64,000 bases of DNA from assembly GCA_002269645.1 (NCBI GenBank), contig NIVC01000049.1, positions 1 through 64,000 on the forward strand, written 5' to 3'. The position numbers and the translations under genes are program-made. This DNA comes from Macrostomum lignano (lineage: Eukaryota). The notes under the pieces were generated by a model that saw only the letters and a program-made list of their open reading frames with translations, was not told the DNA's origin and searched no databases. Shown one piece after another: positions 23,470 to 49,600 of this stretch; positions within the stretch are counted from its first letter, which is position 1, and every line of letters starts with the position of its first letter.

Positions 23470-25059
23470 ATGCTCACGGACGATACAAAACGCCGCATCT
23501 CGTCCTACATTGTGATGCTGGTGTTCTTTGTTTACAAAGCTTCCGAGAGTCTGCTGCAGCCGTCAATTCGAATCTATATCTATCAGCGGGTGTGCATCGG
23601 AGAGGGCATGTCCAAGACTGAGTGCGATTCCGACGACTGGAACTTGATTGGCAAGCATCACATGACGGCCAACGAAGAGAACAAGGTACAGCGGGAGGCG
23701 TCCAAGTACCTGTTGCTGTACCGTGTACTCTTTAACCTGCCGGCCGTGTTCTTCTGCTTTTTTGCCGGATCGTGGAGCGACCGCGTGGGTCGCAAGTACC
23801 CGATGATGCTGCCTCCTCTTGGCGCTGTTCTCGCTGTCGGCTGCTTCGCTGTCGGTAGCGCGGTCGGAGGCGCCGCGACTCTCGTCTGGGTGATGGTCGG
23901 CGCTACTGTGTACGGCTTCTTCGGCAAGTCTACGGTCATGACCATGGCCTGCAGCAGCTACGTGGCCGACACAAGCAGCCGCGAGGATCGAACGAAGCTT
24001 CTTGGTCGACTTGTAGCAATGAACTTCTTCGGCATCTTCGTGGGATCTTTGCTTACCGGCGTGTTTCAGAGTTTCGGCAGCGTCTATTCCATGCTGATCG
24101 TCATCTTGGTTGTCAACCTCGTGCTTGAGCTGATCATCGTGTTGTTTGTCGTCGAGTCCGTGGAGTCCACAGACGGAGCCGGCTGTCTTCAGCTGGCGTG
24201 TCCGTGTGTGAACACCGCCACCAGGAGCCTCTCTGTGCGAGACTCTATCGGCTTCCTACTGCAAAGACGTCCACAGCAGGTCATAATTTTATTTTTATTA
24301 ACTACGTTGTGCATAAACCATATTGGAAAACAAGGAGAGCAGGACGTGCTATTGTTGTTTGTAAAGCACTCTCCATTGAGCTGGCCAGGTCAGTACTACG
24401 GCTATTATTTATCGGTGTACTTCGCGTGCATGGGACTCAACCTGGTGCTCATTTTGCCCCTGCTCACGCGCTTCATTGGCCCGCGCGACTCCATTCTTGT
24501 AATATTCGGTCTTCTGATGAAGAGTACTCGCTTAGTGATCATCAGCTTAGCGCAGACAACGTGGTTGATGTTTTTTAGCGCTGTGATCGGCTGCTTTGGC
24601 GGTTTCATTGTTTCTGCGACAAAATCGATGATCTCCAAGCTGGTGAACGAGGCTGAGATTGGACAGGCATTCTCGTTCATTTCCTGCGCGGAAATCATCG
24701 GAAGTCTTATTGGACCGACTCTGTTTATGTTAATCTACAAAGCGACAGTCGAAACTTTTCCTGGTATAGTATTTTGCTTCGATGCTGGTTTGCATCTTCT
24801 ACTATTATTTTTCTTTATTTTAATCTACTTTAGCGATACAGATCCTGATGCAAGCAACAAAGTTAATACGGAAACTGAGGGCGTTGGTAGCGGCAATGTC
24901 CTCAGTTCCACTGCCTCCAGCGACGTTGCTGTTGACGTTAGCAAAGACACTAACGAGCAAGTACAAACAGACGAAAGGGAGAACAGAAAGTCAAGTACTG
25001 ATGACGTTGAACCAAGTGAATTCACATCAGAAAGCAAAACCGAGAATGCAATTGAGTAA
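23470..25059 (+). CDS. MFS transporter, SLC46/PCFT-like (paralogue 3), 529 aa, intronless
   Basis: Same motifs. The N-half is nearly identical to paralogue 2, the C-half is divergent, and the tail is acidic. Confidence 0.9.
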   Translation: MLTDDTKRRISSYIVMLVFFVYKASESLLQPSIRIYIYQRVCIGEGMSKTECDSDDWNLIGKHHMTANEENKVQREASKYLLLYRVLFNLPAVFFCFFAGSWSDRVGRKYPMMLPPLGAVLAVGCFAVGSAVGGAATLVWVMVGATVYGFFGKSTVMTMACSSYVADTSSREDRTKLLGRLVAMNFFGIFVGSLLTGVFQSFGSVYSMLIVILVVNLVLELIIVLFVVESVESTDGAGCLQLACPCVNTATRSLSVRDSIGFLLQRRPQQVIILFLLTTLCINHIGKQGEQDVLLLFVKHSPLSWPGQYYGYYLSVYFACMGLNLVLILPLLTRFIGPRDSILVIFGLLMKSTRLVIISLAQTTWLMFFSAVIGCFGGFIVSATKSMISKLVNEAEIGQAFSFISCAEIIGSLIGPTLFMLIYKATVETFPGIVFCFDAGLHLLLLFFFILIYFSDTDPDASNKVNTETEGVGSGNVLSSTASSDVAVDVSKDTNEQVQTDERENRKSSTDDVEPSEFTSESKTENAIE

Positions 25060-27195
25060 TCAGCTTTAATTCACTGCTATATTATATTCAAAAACCTAAT
25101 TTATGTTTGTCTCGCTGTTTATTCTTATAATCCTAACTGGAGTAGGCGCTCGTAACTTCAATGAATAACGTTCGTTGTTAAGCAAAATCCTTGCGCTTGA
25201 TATTAAAATCCTCCTTTGGCGTTTATCAAGTGTATCTATATATTTATGTAATGAATCTGTAGTCTATTGTCCTGATATCTGATACCTGCTGATACCAAGT
25301 ACCTCGCTTCGCTCGCCTCGGAGCCATCAATTTCAGCTTCGGACTTTCTATCCCTAGAATGCACATGAAACGACCATGATCAGATACTGATTTAACTTTG
25401 TTTCTTACTTGTCATGACTAAAATCGAATTATAAAAATAAATTTGAATGGTAATTGGTCAGCGTTTCATTACAGGAATTTCATTCCAGCCTTGAGATCAT
25501 TATTATTCTGCTCTAAGATAGTGTCAAATAATTCAATCCATGCATTAAACACGCATACACATGCACTAGCTCATAGTTTCTAAAGTTTCTCAAGAAGTAC
25601 AAATTAAGTCAAATTATTTTAAAAGGCTACACGAAGTCTTAGTAAAGTGAAACATGCAAAATCGTTCTCACCCTTCTCAGTAGCATCAGCGTCACAGGCT
25701 ATTTCATCCTCGTCGTCAGCAGCCGTTGGACACTGTACAGTTCTAACTAGTTCCTGATCGCTACTGTCCAACCAGATTAGATCGGCATCGACAACAGCTT
25801 GCTCTGGCGATGTCATGAAACTCTGCTAGAAATTCTACTTTAAGTTGGTCTCAAATAGTACATGTACGGGCAGAAATGGAAAGCAACCTGCAGCTTTTAG
25901 GCCTTTGTTAAGCTTTCCCTCTGCAATGGCTTCCCTCAGCACTTCTTTAAGTCAAGTCGTTTCCTCCTAAATAGCTAGTGGCCCAATAGAAAGCGTCTAT
26001 ATCCATGCGGCGCGTGACGTGAATGAGGTTATGCTTATAGGCTTGGTGTGCAGGATCAGAGCTGGAAGATTTGTATAGAAATTGCAAGGGCTAATTGTAC
26101 AAAACGCCGCGCATGCATTGCAGGTAACCGTATGGAAAGCGATAATCGCCGCGTAAAATGTCCCGGCGTATAATGAAAGGGGCTTTTCCTTCACTATATA
26201 AATCGTGCAGCATGCCAATGCCAAGAGGGAAGTTAAGAACACACTTAGATAAAAGCTCCCATTGATTGAAGAGAGAGAGAGAGATCTTTCCTGCCGCGCA
26301 GAAATATGTTGCAGCTAAAGCGATTTAGGAGCCTCTCGCCCTGCTGCCTGCCCTGCATGGTTGCACTGATAGGTGAGGGTTTATAGTCGTATTATTTCAT
26401 ATACTGCCATAGGGACTTGAAAAGCGCACGAAATGTATAAGCGAGCAGTGTGGTGGCAAACGCATGCCCCCATACATATAGGTCATCTACCTCAGGACCT
26501 ACGAGTATACATGTATCAGAGAACGAAATCAACCCAAAACTCTTTTCGTGCATTCATTATACACTCAAAAAGTTCCAGATGTTTTACTTTTTCAGTTCCC
26601 CCTATAAGCACTTATGAAAATTCCTATTGAATTGACAAGTCTATATGAATGCTGATTATAACATAGCTTGAGTCTGTTTAAGCCTAATCCAAGAAATCGA
26701 TTTATAAAACGCGGACTGTTAAGTCAAATCAGCTTAGCTGAGGCTGAGAAACTTCCTGGAAAATATTGAACCGGGAAACAAACTTGCTAAGCCGTCTGAG
26801 AATGCTTGCTAGAATTTTCTCTCGCAAAGCAGCTGCTTGCTTGACGTTCAAGTCTGACAAAAGTGCAAAACCATCTTTCGACGATTCATAAAACCAGGAT
26901 TTCGTACACAGATATATTGAAAATCTCTTAAACTGGTAGGTTCAGATTTTAAACCATCTGTTTTGAAAACGTCCAGGAATTCTAGAAAAAAATTTAAATG
27001 ATTGATGTGCCCAAAACACTAGGCTTTAAATATTGACTTTCAAGCCTAATTCTACAATCGTTGACACACTATAAACGGCTTTTAAACACACATCAAAATG
27101 ATCCATTAAATCCTAAAAGCACTCTCTTACACATAAGCCTTGCTTCTTGAGATGTTTAAAACTTGTTTGTATACCTTATGCATATGCCAAGAGCT

Positions 27196-27515
27196 GCTAA
27201 CACGCTGAGTGATAACTCAGCGTGTTAGCTTGATGCACAAGCTTGCATCAAGCATCAAGCAATGCATCTTGATGCATCTTGCATCAAGCAATGGATAAAT
27301 AATCAGCGGTCCCAGTGCGTCACGTGCTGCGACCGCTGATTCTTTGCATTGTTTTTCTGTTTGACGATCCTACAGACAATGCATTGTTTGTAGTAATGGA
27401 TTGTTCTGCATTAAAAATGTGCATAATGATCGTCAAATTGCTAAACAATGATGCTTGATGCATCAAGCGCGTGTTAGCTTGATGCATAACTTGATGCACA
27501 AGATAACGCGCTTGA
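27196..27515. repeat. Palindrome/hairpin cluster built from TTGATGCA/TGCATCAAG motifs
   Basis: Perfect stem GCTAACACGCTGAG/CTCAGCGTGTTAGC (27196-27229); stem AATCAGCGGTC/GACCGCTGATT (27301-27341); many TTGATGCA copies in both orientations. Confidence 0.7.
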
Positions 27516-30222
27516 CGCCAAGATTGAATGGGACTTTATTCAACGAACGAAAAAAAGCCTCATAATAACAAAAGAATCAAGACAAATCCAATATCAAAAA
27601 AACTTATAACGTTTCCTTTAATCACAAATAGCGTGGAAATTGGGAGTTACTTTAAGGAGGACGAATAAAAAGTTGCGCTTTCATTACTGTTTTAATTTTT
27701 CTGTAAATTTATCAGTAGCTTGCAGAAATATTTGCTGACGCGGCAGGTTCTTATAAAAAAGTTTCCGAAGCCGAAAAGCATAATTATTGTTATAGCTGTT
27801 GATAATAATAAAATCGTTTTTTTTTCAAAAGCATAACAAAATTAAAATATTGGATAAGTGTTGAGATTTTTAACAATGACGGGCAAATATCGATTTGTGT
27901 TAAGCGCTAATGGCCGGCATAATAAGTGTGTATATATGGGTTTTAGCGGAACCGTGTGTGAACTAATTAGCGATTTGACACAATTTACAAAGACCCTGCA
28001 ATTTAAAAAAAATTAGTTAAAGACAAAAACTTTTGATGACCACAGTTTCGGTGGGAAGAAAATCCAAAAAACAAATACTAACTTTAATATACTTCAACGA
28101 CAAAAGGACAAGAAACAAAAAGGATTGAATGTTGGATTCGAAGTTGTAAAACGGTGACGCGTTCCGTAGACGGGGTACTTTAATTTGTAGGTTTCTTATC
28201 GATTTTCTGTATCGGATCTGTCAGCGATAGTAGAGTGGATGAGTTGTTATTAGGCTTAGACTTATTTTATCACAAATGGGGTTGGGGTTAATGTGGGGTG
28301 CGCGTAAGCGTTGGGGTGGGTGAGAGCTTTTCACGCACTTTATCGCCGCTGGTTCACAATTGTTGAACATTGGACAGAAGTCTTGCGTGCGCGCGTTGGC
28401 CTGACAGTTTTTTATCGATTTTCTAGTAGGCCGTAAAATGTCTACCCCAATCTTTATAACCCTTTACTGTTATCGACCGTATGCAATCGATACTGGCTTT
28501 CAATGTGCGTGTGGAGTGAAAGCAAGCCTAAATTAACTCTCTCGCTGCTAGCCAGTACATTCAGCGTACAGAGTGGGTGGGTTGGTGTTCATCAGTTTCA
28601 AGACGTCTTAAACCCTAATTATCGACTGCTACAGCTGAAAAGCAAGGACGACTTAAGTAGAAGGACGGGAAACCTCGTTTCTTAGAAAATTTAGAAGGCA
28701 GGTTTTCCCGAAAAAATACACTACGGAGATTGGAAGTTTTCATTTTTTCAGCGCAAAAAATGTTATTGCTTTTGATAGGAGGCAGATCCCGTGTTTATTT
28801 TTTTATATATTGTGCTTTTCTTATTGCTCGATCGATATTCATAAAGCTTTACGTTCAAAGAATTAGGATTCTATCGTCCGTCCTTGCTAAAAAAAGTCGC
28901 ACTTTATTTGGGGAATTTAACTACGTTTTACTCGAACATTAGTAATCATTATTATAACAAGCAGCAAAAGTAGCAGTAGTAGTCTACTAAGATATAATGT
29001 GATTATTAACAGAGAATCGCTTTAAATGACCAACATTTTTAGAACAACTTTAGATAAACAAACAAATTAGATGAATAAAAAAGACGTCAATGTAATTTTT
29101 TGAGGGGAAAAAGTCGAAATAGTTTTTAACCAAACACCGCAAAAACAATGAAACTTTTAGCACTTACTGTGTCAGTAAAATAAAACAATATTACAACAGC
29201 CTACAAAGCCTATAGAAACTCGTAAGAAGGATCAATATGTAATCCTAAATTAAGCTTGACGTTAGTTAGGGTCAGAGAATCGATAGCTAAGAAACATACC
29301 ACTTCAGTAAATATATTCGGCGATGTATATTACGTTTGTTATTAAGTAAAGTAAACAAAATATAACGCAAATGGCTTACAACAATCAGCTTAGTTAATTG
29401 ACAGTCAGTATTTGCTTAGTGATACCATAAGCAGGGTTTCTTTATTCACAGCTGTGCAAACGTGTCTGCTGTACAGGTGTGCTTGGAATACAGATGCACT
29501 TTTAATTAATTAAGCTCAAGTCACGGAGAAGCTAAATTTGTAGTACAAGTACAACAGAGATATAATTAAAGATCGAATTTCCACTTCAAGCGTGGACATA
29601 CTACTACTGTAGCTTGCTTTTCAGAGCGATAAGTAGCATATATCCGATTTTGCTGAAATTGTTTACTCCAGTGTTGTATAGATCCGGTGCAAAGATATTA
29701 AGGTACTATTTAAAAAGATGTAATTTATAATGAATCAATATATACATGCATACGGATGGCGACAATACGATCCCAGATAGTGTCAGTCTAACACAGATGC
29801 TGTGTATACCATATTTAAATATGAAATATAGATTATTAAAAGATAAAGAATTAATAATAAACATAGCACAGTAAAAATGGTTACAATTGGGTTCAAAACA
29901 AAATAGAAATTTAAGCGATAGAACTAGCAGAGAAAAATATAGTTTAGAAAACGTTTATATGGGTCTTATCTAATTTTAGAGACTTCTTTAGAAGCGCTTA
30001 CAATTGAAAAGAAAACACGTTTGCTTTTTTGTTAAAAAAAGTTAGACAAAAAATAAAGCAAGCACTAAATTAATGTGCAGGATAAAAAAAACAACAAAAA
30101 CGAACACAAACCCAGTGAACAAAAACACACACACGCCCTAAACCAATGGAATCCATCAGCAATCTACTATCAATCAATGTATCGTCGCAAATCTTCACTG
30201 TTTCTCCAATTAAACTGTTGCT

Positions 30223-31089
30223 TTAATTCTTCTTCTCCTTGCCAAACGGAATCGAGGCCCGAATAGTGGCGTTAACCTGGCGATAGCGGTCGAGCAGTTG
30301 GACGAGTACAGCGTCAACCTTCTTGTAATAGACGCTGTAAGCCTTGGGCAGGCAGAATGAGCTGACCAGAGCAAAGCTAACCAGGGTCAGAGCGTTGAAC
30401 CAGCTGCCAACGTATGTCAGCACAATTAGACAGCAGAAGAATTTCAGCGTGCGAACCGAATCGCGAAACAGTAGCAAATCTAGCAGCACATTAACGTCGC
30501 GCTCCATGCAAGCCAGACGACTGTCTACGAAGTTAATGACGCAATCACGAGGCAGACGGATCGGTTCGCTCAGACAGGCCAGTAGGTCCTGCTGCTGCTG
30601 CTGCTGCTGTTCACCGCCGCTGCCAGTTCCAGCAACTCCGCGTTTAACAGTAAAAGCGTAGAGTCGAACAGCGCAAGTGCAGAGCAGAGCGGCCAGGCCA
30701 AGGTAAGCCAGCACGGATACAAACGACAGCGACATGCAGGCCCATAGCAGCGTCAGAGACGAGAACAGTACAGCGCCCGAACGCTTCGGATCCGACCAGA
30801 GTAGAAGCGATTTCAAACGCGGATCGGCCCTCTCCAAATAGGAGCAGCAGAGTAGCATCTTGTTGGGATCGGAATCAGACGTTTCCTGTGGCTGTTTCTG
30901 CTCCTCCTGCTGAACCGGTTGCTGCTCCGGCTGGGCTGGCGGCGAAGCACTGGCCGGGGCCTGGTCCCCCGTGCCGAAAGCGCTTTCAAGAGCTTCAAAA
31001 TCGTCGTCGAGTTTCTTAGTGCCGTCGCCTCCGGACGGCTGATCGAACGGCTGCTCCAGCAGGTTTTGCTGCTCCTCGCTGTCAGACAT
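30223..31089 (-). CDS. RTN: Reticulon (RTN/Nogo family) protein, 288 aa, intronless CDS
   Basis: Reticulon homology domain LLLWSDPKRSGAVL..SLSFVSVLAYLGL..LLDLLLFRDSVRTLKF..LTYVGSWFNALTL..FCLPKAY, with two long hydrophobic hairpins and an acidic N-terminus. Confidence 0.92.
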   Translation of the reverse strand: MSDSEEQQNLLEQPFDQPSGGDGTKKLDDDFEALESAFGTGDQAPASASPPAQPEQQPVQQEEQKQPQETSDSDPNKMLLCCSYLERADPRLKSLLLWSDPKRSGAVLFSSLTLLWACMSLSFVSVLAYLGLAALLCTCAVRLYAFTVKRGVAGTGSGGEQQQQQQQDLLACLSEPIRLPRDCVINFVDSRLACMERDVNVLLDLLLFRDSVRTLKFFCCLIVLTYVGSWFNALTLVSFALVSSFCLPKAYSVYYKKVDAVLVQLLDRYRQVNATIRASIPFGKEKKN

Positions 31090-31283
31090 GTTGCTTTTTA
31101 GTCAGAGAGAATTCTGTCTTTTGTTACAATTAGAATTGTCTATTCAGCTATTAATAGCTTCTTGCAGAATGGGCTGGAATGAAATCCAAGTACTTTCAAT
31201 GCGATCGGGGTAATCGAAATCGGAAACATAGACAACAAAAAGCTATTCTTGAAGATGTGAGTGAAAACTTGAATGACTTCGAT

Positions 31284-32126
31284 TGCTGATGGATGACTAA
31301 TGACTCAATGGGAATTGCTGATAGATGACTAAGGACTCAATGGGGATTGCTGATAGATGACTAAGGACTCAATGGGGATTGCTGATAGATGACTAATGAC
31401 TCAATAGGGATTGCTGATGGATGACTAATGACTCAATGCTGATAGATTACTAATGACACAATGGGGATTGCTGATAGATGACTAATGACTCAATGAGTCA
31501 ATGGGACTGCTGATAGATGACTAATGACTCAATGGGAATTGCTGATAGATGACTAATGACTCAATAGGGATTGCTGATAGATGACTAAGGACTCAATGGG
31601 GATTGCTGATAGATGACTAAGGACTCAATAGGGATTGCTGATAGATGACTAATGACTCAATGGGAATTGCTGATAGATGACTAATGACTCAATAGGGATT
31701 GCTGATAGATGACTAAGGACTCAATAGGGATTGCTGATAGATGACTAAGGACTCAATGGGGATTGCTGATAGATGACTAATGACTCAATAGGGATTGCTG
31801 ATGGATGACTAATGACTCAATGGGAATTGCTGATAGATTACTAATGACACAATGGGGATTGCTGATAGATGACTAATGACTCAATGAGTCAATGGGACTG
31901 CTGATAGATGACTAATGACTCAATGGGAATTGCTGATAGATGACTAATGACTCAATGAGTCAATGGGACTGCTGATAGATGACTAATGACTCAATGGGAA
32001 TTGCTGATAGATGACTAATGACTCAATGAGTCAATGGGACTGCTGATAGATGACTAATGACTCAATGAGTCAATGGGAATTGCTGATAAATGACTAATGA
32101 CTCAATGGGAATTGCTGATAGATGAC
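31284..32126. repeat. 32-bp minisatellite (GCTGATAGATGACTAATGACTCAATGGGAATT), ~25 copies with longer variants
   Basis: Tandem copies read directly; variant units recur in blocks. Confidence 0.9.
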
Positions 32127-32846
32127 TTAGGACAATGCCATGCCATAAAAAGTACAATGCCATGCCATAAAAGCAACAATGAGATGCACAATATACAATA
32201 GGACGCAAAGCATTAAAACAACACGTACTTAATTGTGTATTTTAACGAAATTTGTAAAAATAGACAAGGTACTATGATAGAAACAAGTTCAAACTGCGCA
32301 AAGCATACAATGGCCGAATTTAAAGTACATTGATCGTGTACTGCAGCACTTAATTTGTACATATAACATGTACCTACAAATAAATACACAAACAGTAAAT
32401 TTTACTGAAAAGCAAAATTTCTTTATTAAACTGTTAGACGAAAAACCCTAGAATAGTTTTGGATACTTTGGACACAATGGGACAATGGGCCTAGGCGAGA
32501 GGGACACAAATCGACATCAATCAACAGGTTCGATGTTTATTTCAATAGTTAATATTATGAAAAATTGAATTTACTAAATTAATATATTGATTCGCAGGAG
32601 CAAAAATTCATAACTCAAATTCGTTGTTCAGTCGATGAAAGAAATATCCAGATGGAGATTAGATTATAAACGCGAAGGGTGAAATTAAAGTTAACACATA
32701 AATAAATATAAGTATTACAATCACAGGGATACTGGCGCACAAGACACTTACAGCTTTTTACTGATCATAATCATGAGAACAATCTAGTGTAATAGTGTGT
32801 GCAAAATCAATTATTGAGTCTGTCCGTCATTCAGTTGAACATTTCC

Positions 32847-46321
<13,475 letters not shown>

Positions 46322-46396
46322 CTGCGGGTTGGACAGCGAGACTTACTCTGGCTGGAACGCATCTACTTGAGAATACTTTTCTAACACATGCCTAAT

Positions 46397-46648
46397 CATA
46401 CATGCGCAACTGCTGGCCGATCCGGCCACTGTAAATTGTGTTGGACCAATGGGTAAGTCGCAAAATGCCCTCCCGGAGTACTACTTAGATGACGAGGTAT
46501 TTAGGTTTAATGAGACACTCATAGTTACTCCTGTCGTTTACTCAAAATTATGCTTATTTTGCTTTAGGTTTCTTTCACAGGTAAGTCGCATTTTTGGTTA
46601 AAAATTAAGTCGCATACCCAGTGTAAATCAGGGGGTTGCGCATGTATG
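46397..46648. mobile_element. Small MITE-like element with 14-bp TIRs
   Basis: CATACATGCGCAAC (46397-46410) and GTTGCGCATGTATG (46635-46648); no clean TSD. Confidence 0.55.
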
Positions 46649-49600
46649 TTTCTATTGCCTCCAATACTTAATCTAAATATACTAATATATCATCTAAATC
46701 TGGCAAAACTGAACTACCCTGAATGGAAATCAACCCTCCATACAAAAATCTTTAATTCCCAGCTGAGAGAATTGCTATTTAACTGAGGAATCATCTCTCC
46801 AATTTGAAAAAAATCGCACATTCCATACACGGAAAATTTCTTTTTACAAATTGAGAAAATCGTTTGTCTTTGCTGAGGAGGCTTCAGTAGGCTAATGTAC
46901 TTACACTATTATACAGCTCTGGAGCAAATCGGCCTTCCTTTTTTAGAAGTTCAAGCACAGCTTCGCCCTTCTCTTTGTAGATCAGATAGAGTGCTTCATT
47001 CAATGCATCTAAAGGTTGAAATAAGTTATGAATAGGTTTATTCGAAACATTATAAAGTGTTAAGTGGATAATTTCTAACTTAGATGTGGAGTCTGAAACA
47101 TTGCAACTACCTGGAAAAAAACAAAAATAATTAAGTATTTTATAGTTTATGGTATTTTTACTCTAGTTAGAGTGCAATACTATTAATGAAAGCTTGAATT
47201 ATTTGCTATGAGTACAATTTTAGCTATTTTCTAACTACTTTTCCAGAAGATCAATAGCTCATATTAGTTACAAACATTAATTAAGAATGCAAGGAAGGGG
47301 TATGTGACATGGTAAGAAAGGTTAGGTCTATTTTATTTAGATTAAAAGACCAAATAGACCATAGCATAGTATATTTTTTATAGTATTGTTATATATAAAG
47401 CCATAAAGGCTTTATTAAATAAGCAAATTATGTTTTCTATATTTGAATCTATTTGAAAATCTTTATTTATTTTTTGTACTATATTTATAAGCAATAGCCC
47501 ATATTGCTTATAGGTGTTATATGCTCTAAAACCATTATCTAGTTGTGAATGAAAAAATCCTTGCACAAAAACAATACAAACAAAATATTTTATATACTCA
47601 ATACTAGTTTGTAATAGACATATACCATTTCTAAATTTACATTGGTTATACCATATAGTTTTGAATTTACTTGACTATTAATTTTTTTACATTTTGCTCA
47701 ATGGCTATGGCTGTTATATTGTACCTAGCTACTTTTGCAACTTGATTTATTTACTATCTTTTTTACTTGCTTATGTTATTGTTATATTATTGTTATGCTT
47801 GTATGCTTCTTTTTGCCTTTAACTTTTATTTTGCTTCTTTGCTAATAATAATAATAATTATTGAAATATTTATTGCTTAATTTATATATAAAATTGAAAA
47901 AGCAGGCATATTGAAAGCATAATAAAAGATTGGCCTAACAATCATAGTCCATTTTGTTACAGTTATGCAGGAAATCTCTGGCATAAATCTAGAAAAAAAA
48001 TTTGCTTTGGCATAAATGCTTGGTATAAGAATTGATAGAAAAAATGGATTGGCATAAATGGCTAGGCCTAGCATAAAAACAATTGCAGATTATCTTTTGG
48101 TGAATTTTCCTAATTAGAAATAAACATGACTAGGGTTTCAACAACTGTGTAACTTACTTTGTATATAAATAAAATGGAAAATTTAAATAAGTACATAGTA
48201 TATTTTATTATTTGTAAAAAATAAAACAATATTTAAAATCAAGAAATTGTGCTGTAATATCAATACGTTTATCTTATCATCTTTTTGATATTTGTTATAT
48301 GTTTATTGGTATGCCATTTGTAATTAGTCTATTTTTGTTTGGGCATGCATCCGGCATGATCTAGACTATGGCCTACCAACTATTTAGAATATAAAAATAT
48401 TCTTAGTTTCCCTAAAAAAACTAAAAAACATAATAATGCTTTAACCTTTGACAGATTTTATTTATATTAATAAAAGGCTTACATAATAAAACGTTTAGTC
48501 TTATTAATCATTTCATAAAATCACAATGATATTACCTAGTTATTACATACCTTCATCAATAATATTGCTGATTTCCATTTTAAGTTTTTATCTAGCTACA
48601 CTGCCTTTTGAGTCTTGACTTTGGATTCAATTGTTTTACTCTTAGGGTTAGGCCAGGCCTAAAAAGACCTTTTTAGGTTATGTAAATTATAAGTTTATAC
48701 TACTATTTAGGCTTTAACAAATTAGCTAACAAAATAGAAATCTAGAATCACAAGGCTTATAACAGCATTAAGTAGCTTTTAGCATACTATAACAAGAATA
48801 GGCCTGAGCTTAGGGCCTAGTCAAAATATTCACTTTTGCTATTACTTCAATGAATAAGTTCATAGTCTGTGTGTATGAGTTAAGTTAATTACTTAAAATT
48901 ATTTTATAAAATATGTATTAAAGTCATTACTAGCATCTGCTTTCTGGTGTTAATACAGTTTTAATTTAAGAGAATTCAAATATATTGTATTCTTGATAAT
49001 TTAATAGATTTGGCTTTTTTCACTGGGCAACTGGGCCACACTGGCACTGCCTCTTTCAAAACTCAAAACTGAAACTTGAACTTAAATGTAAACTTTTAAG
49101 TTTGAAGAGCTGTATTATAATTTATTTATTAGTAAAATGTCTGAAGAATAGCTTTAAATTCATGCCCTTTACACAAATACATTTATTTACAACTTTTATT
49201 CTTCAATTATACTTTATTTGTAATATTATCGATAAGAAATTTTATTGTATGTAGGAACCGTAAGACTGAAAATGCGCCAGAAACAGTTCCCAGCGTATAA
49301 CAAAAATCCAAACAATAGCGGAGATACAAACTTTGCTGCTCAAACCAAAGGGTTGCTGCTTAGATAGTCATCTTAAATTATTTTTCTTGTTTTAGAATGA
49401 CGTACTAACTATAAGAAGCGACCTTGTAGAAAATATTGACGGAGTTACTAATTATTCATTTTCATCTTTGAACTATTTGCAATCAGTTGTAATTTTTTCT
49501 TGCATCTGATTCCGACACTTTTTGGCATGGACTATACTTAAGAAGTGACTTCAGTGGTCCAGTTGCTTTTGGTTGTGTAGCTTCGGATTTTTCACCATGC

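Noticed and set aside
31284-32126. 32-bp repeat resembling a CRISPR array in unit length
   Set aside because: Units are contiguous with no unique spacers, there are no cas genes, and the context is eukaryotic.
46322-46396. Further raf exon (MIRHVLEKYSQVDAFQPE) joined by a 25-nt intron
   Set aside because: The available GT and AG sites do not preserve the frame and an in-frame TAA intervenes; left unresolved.
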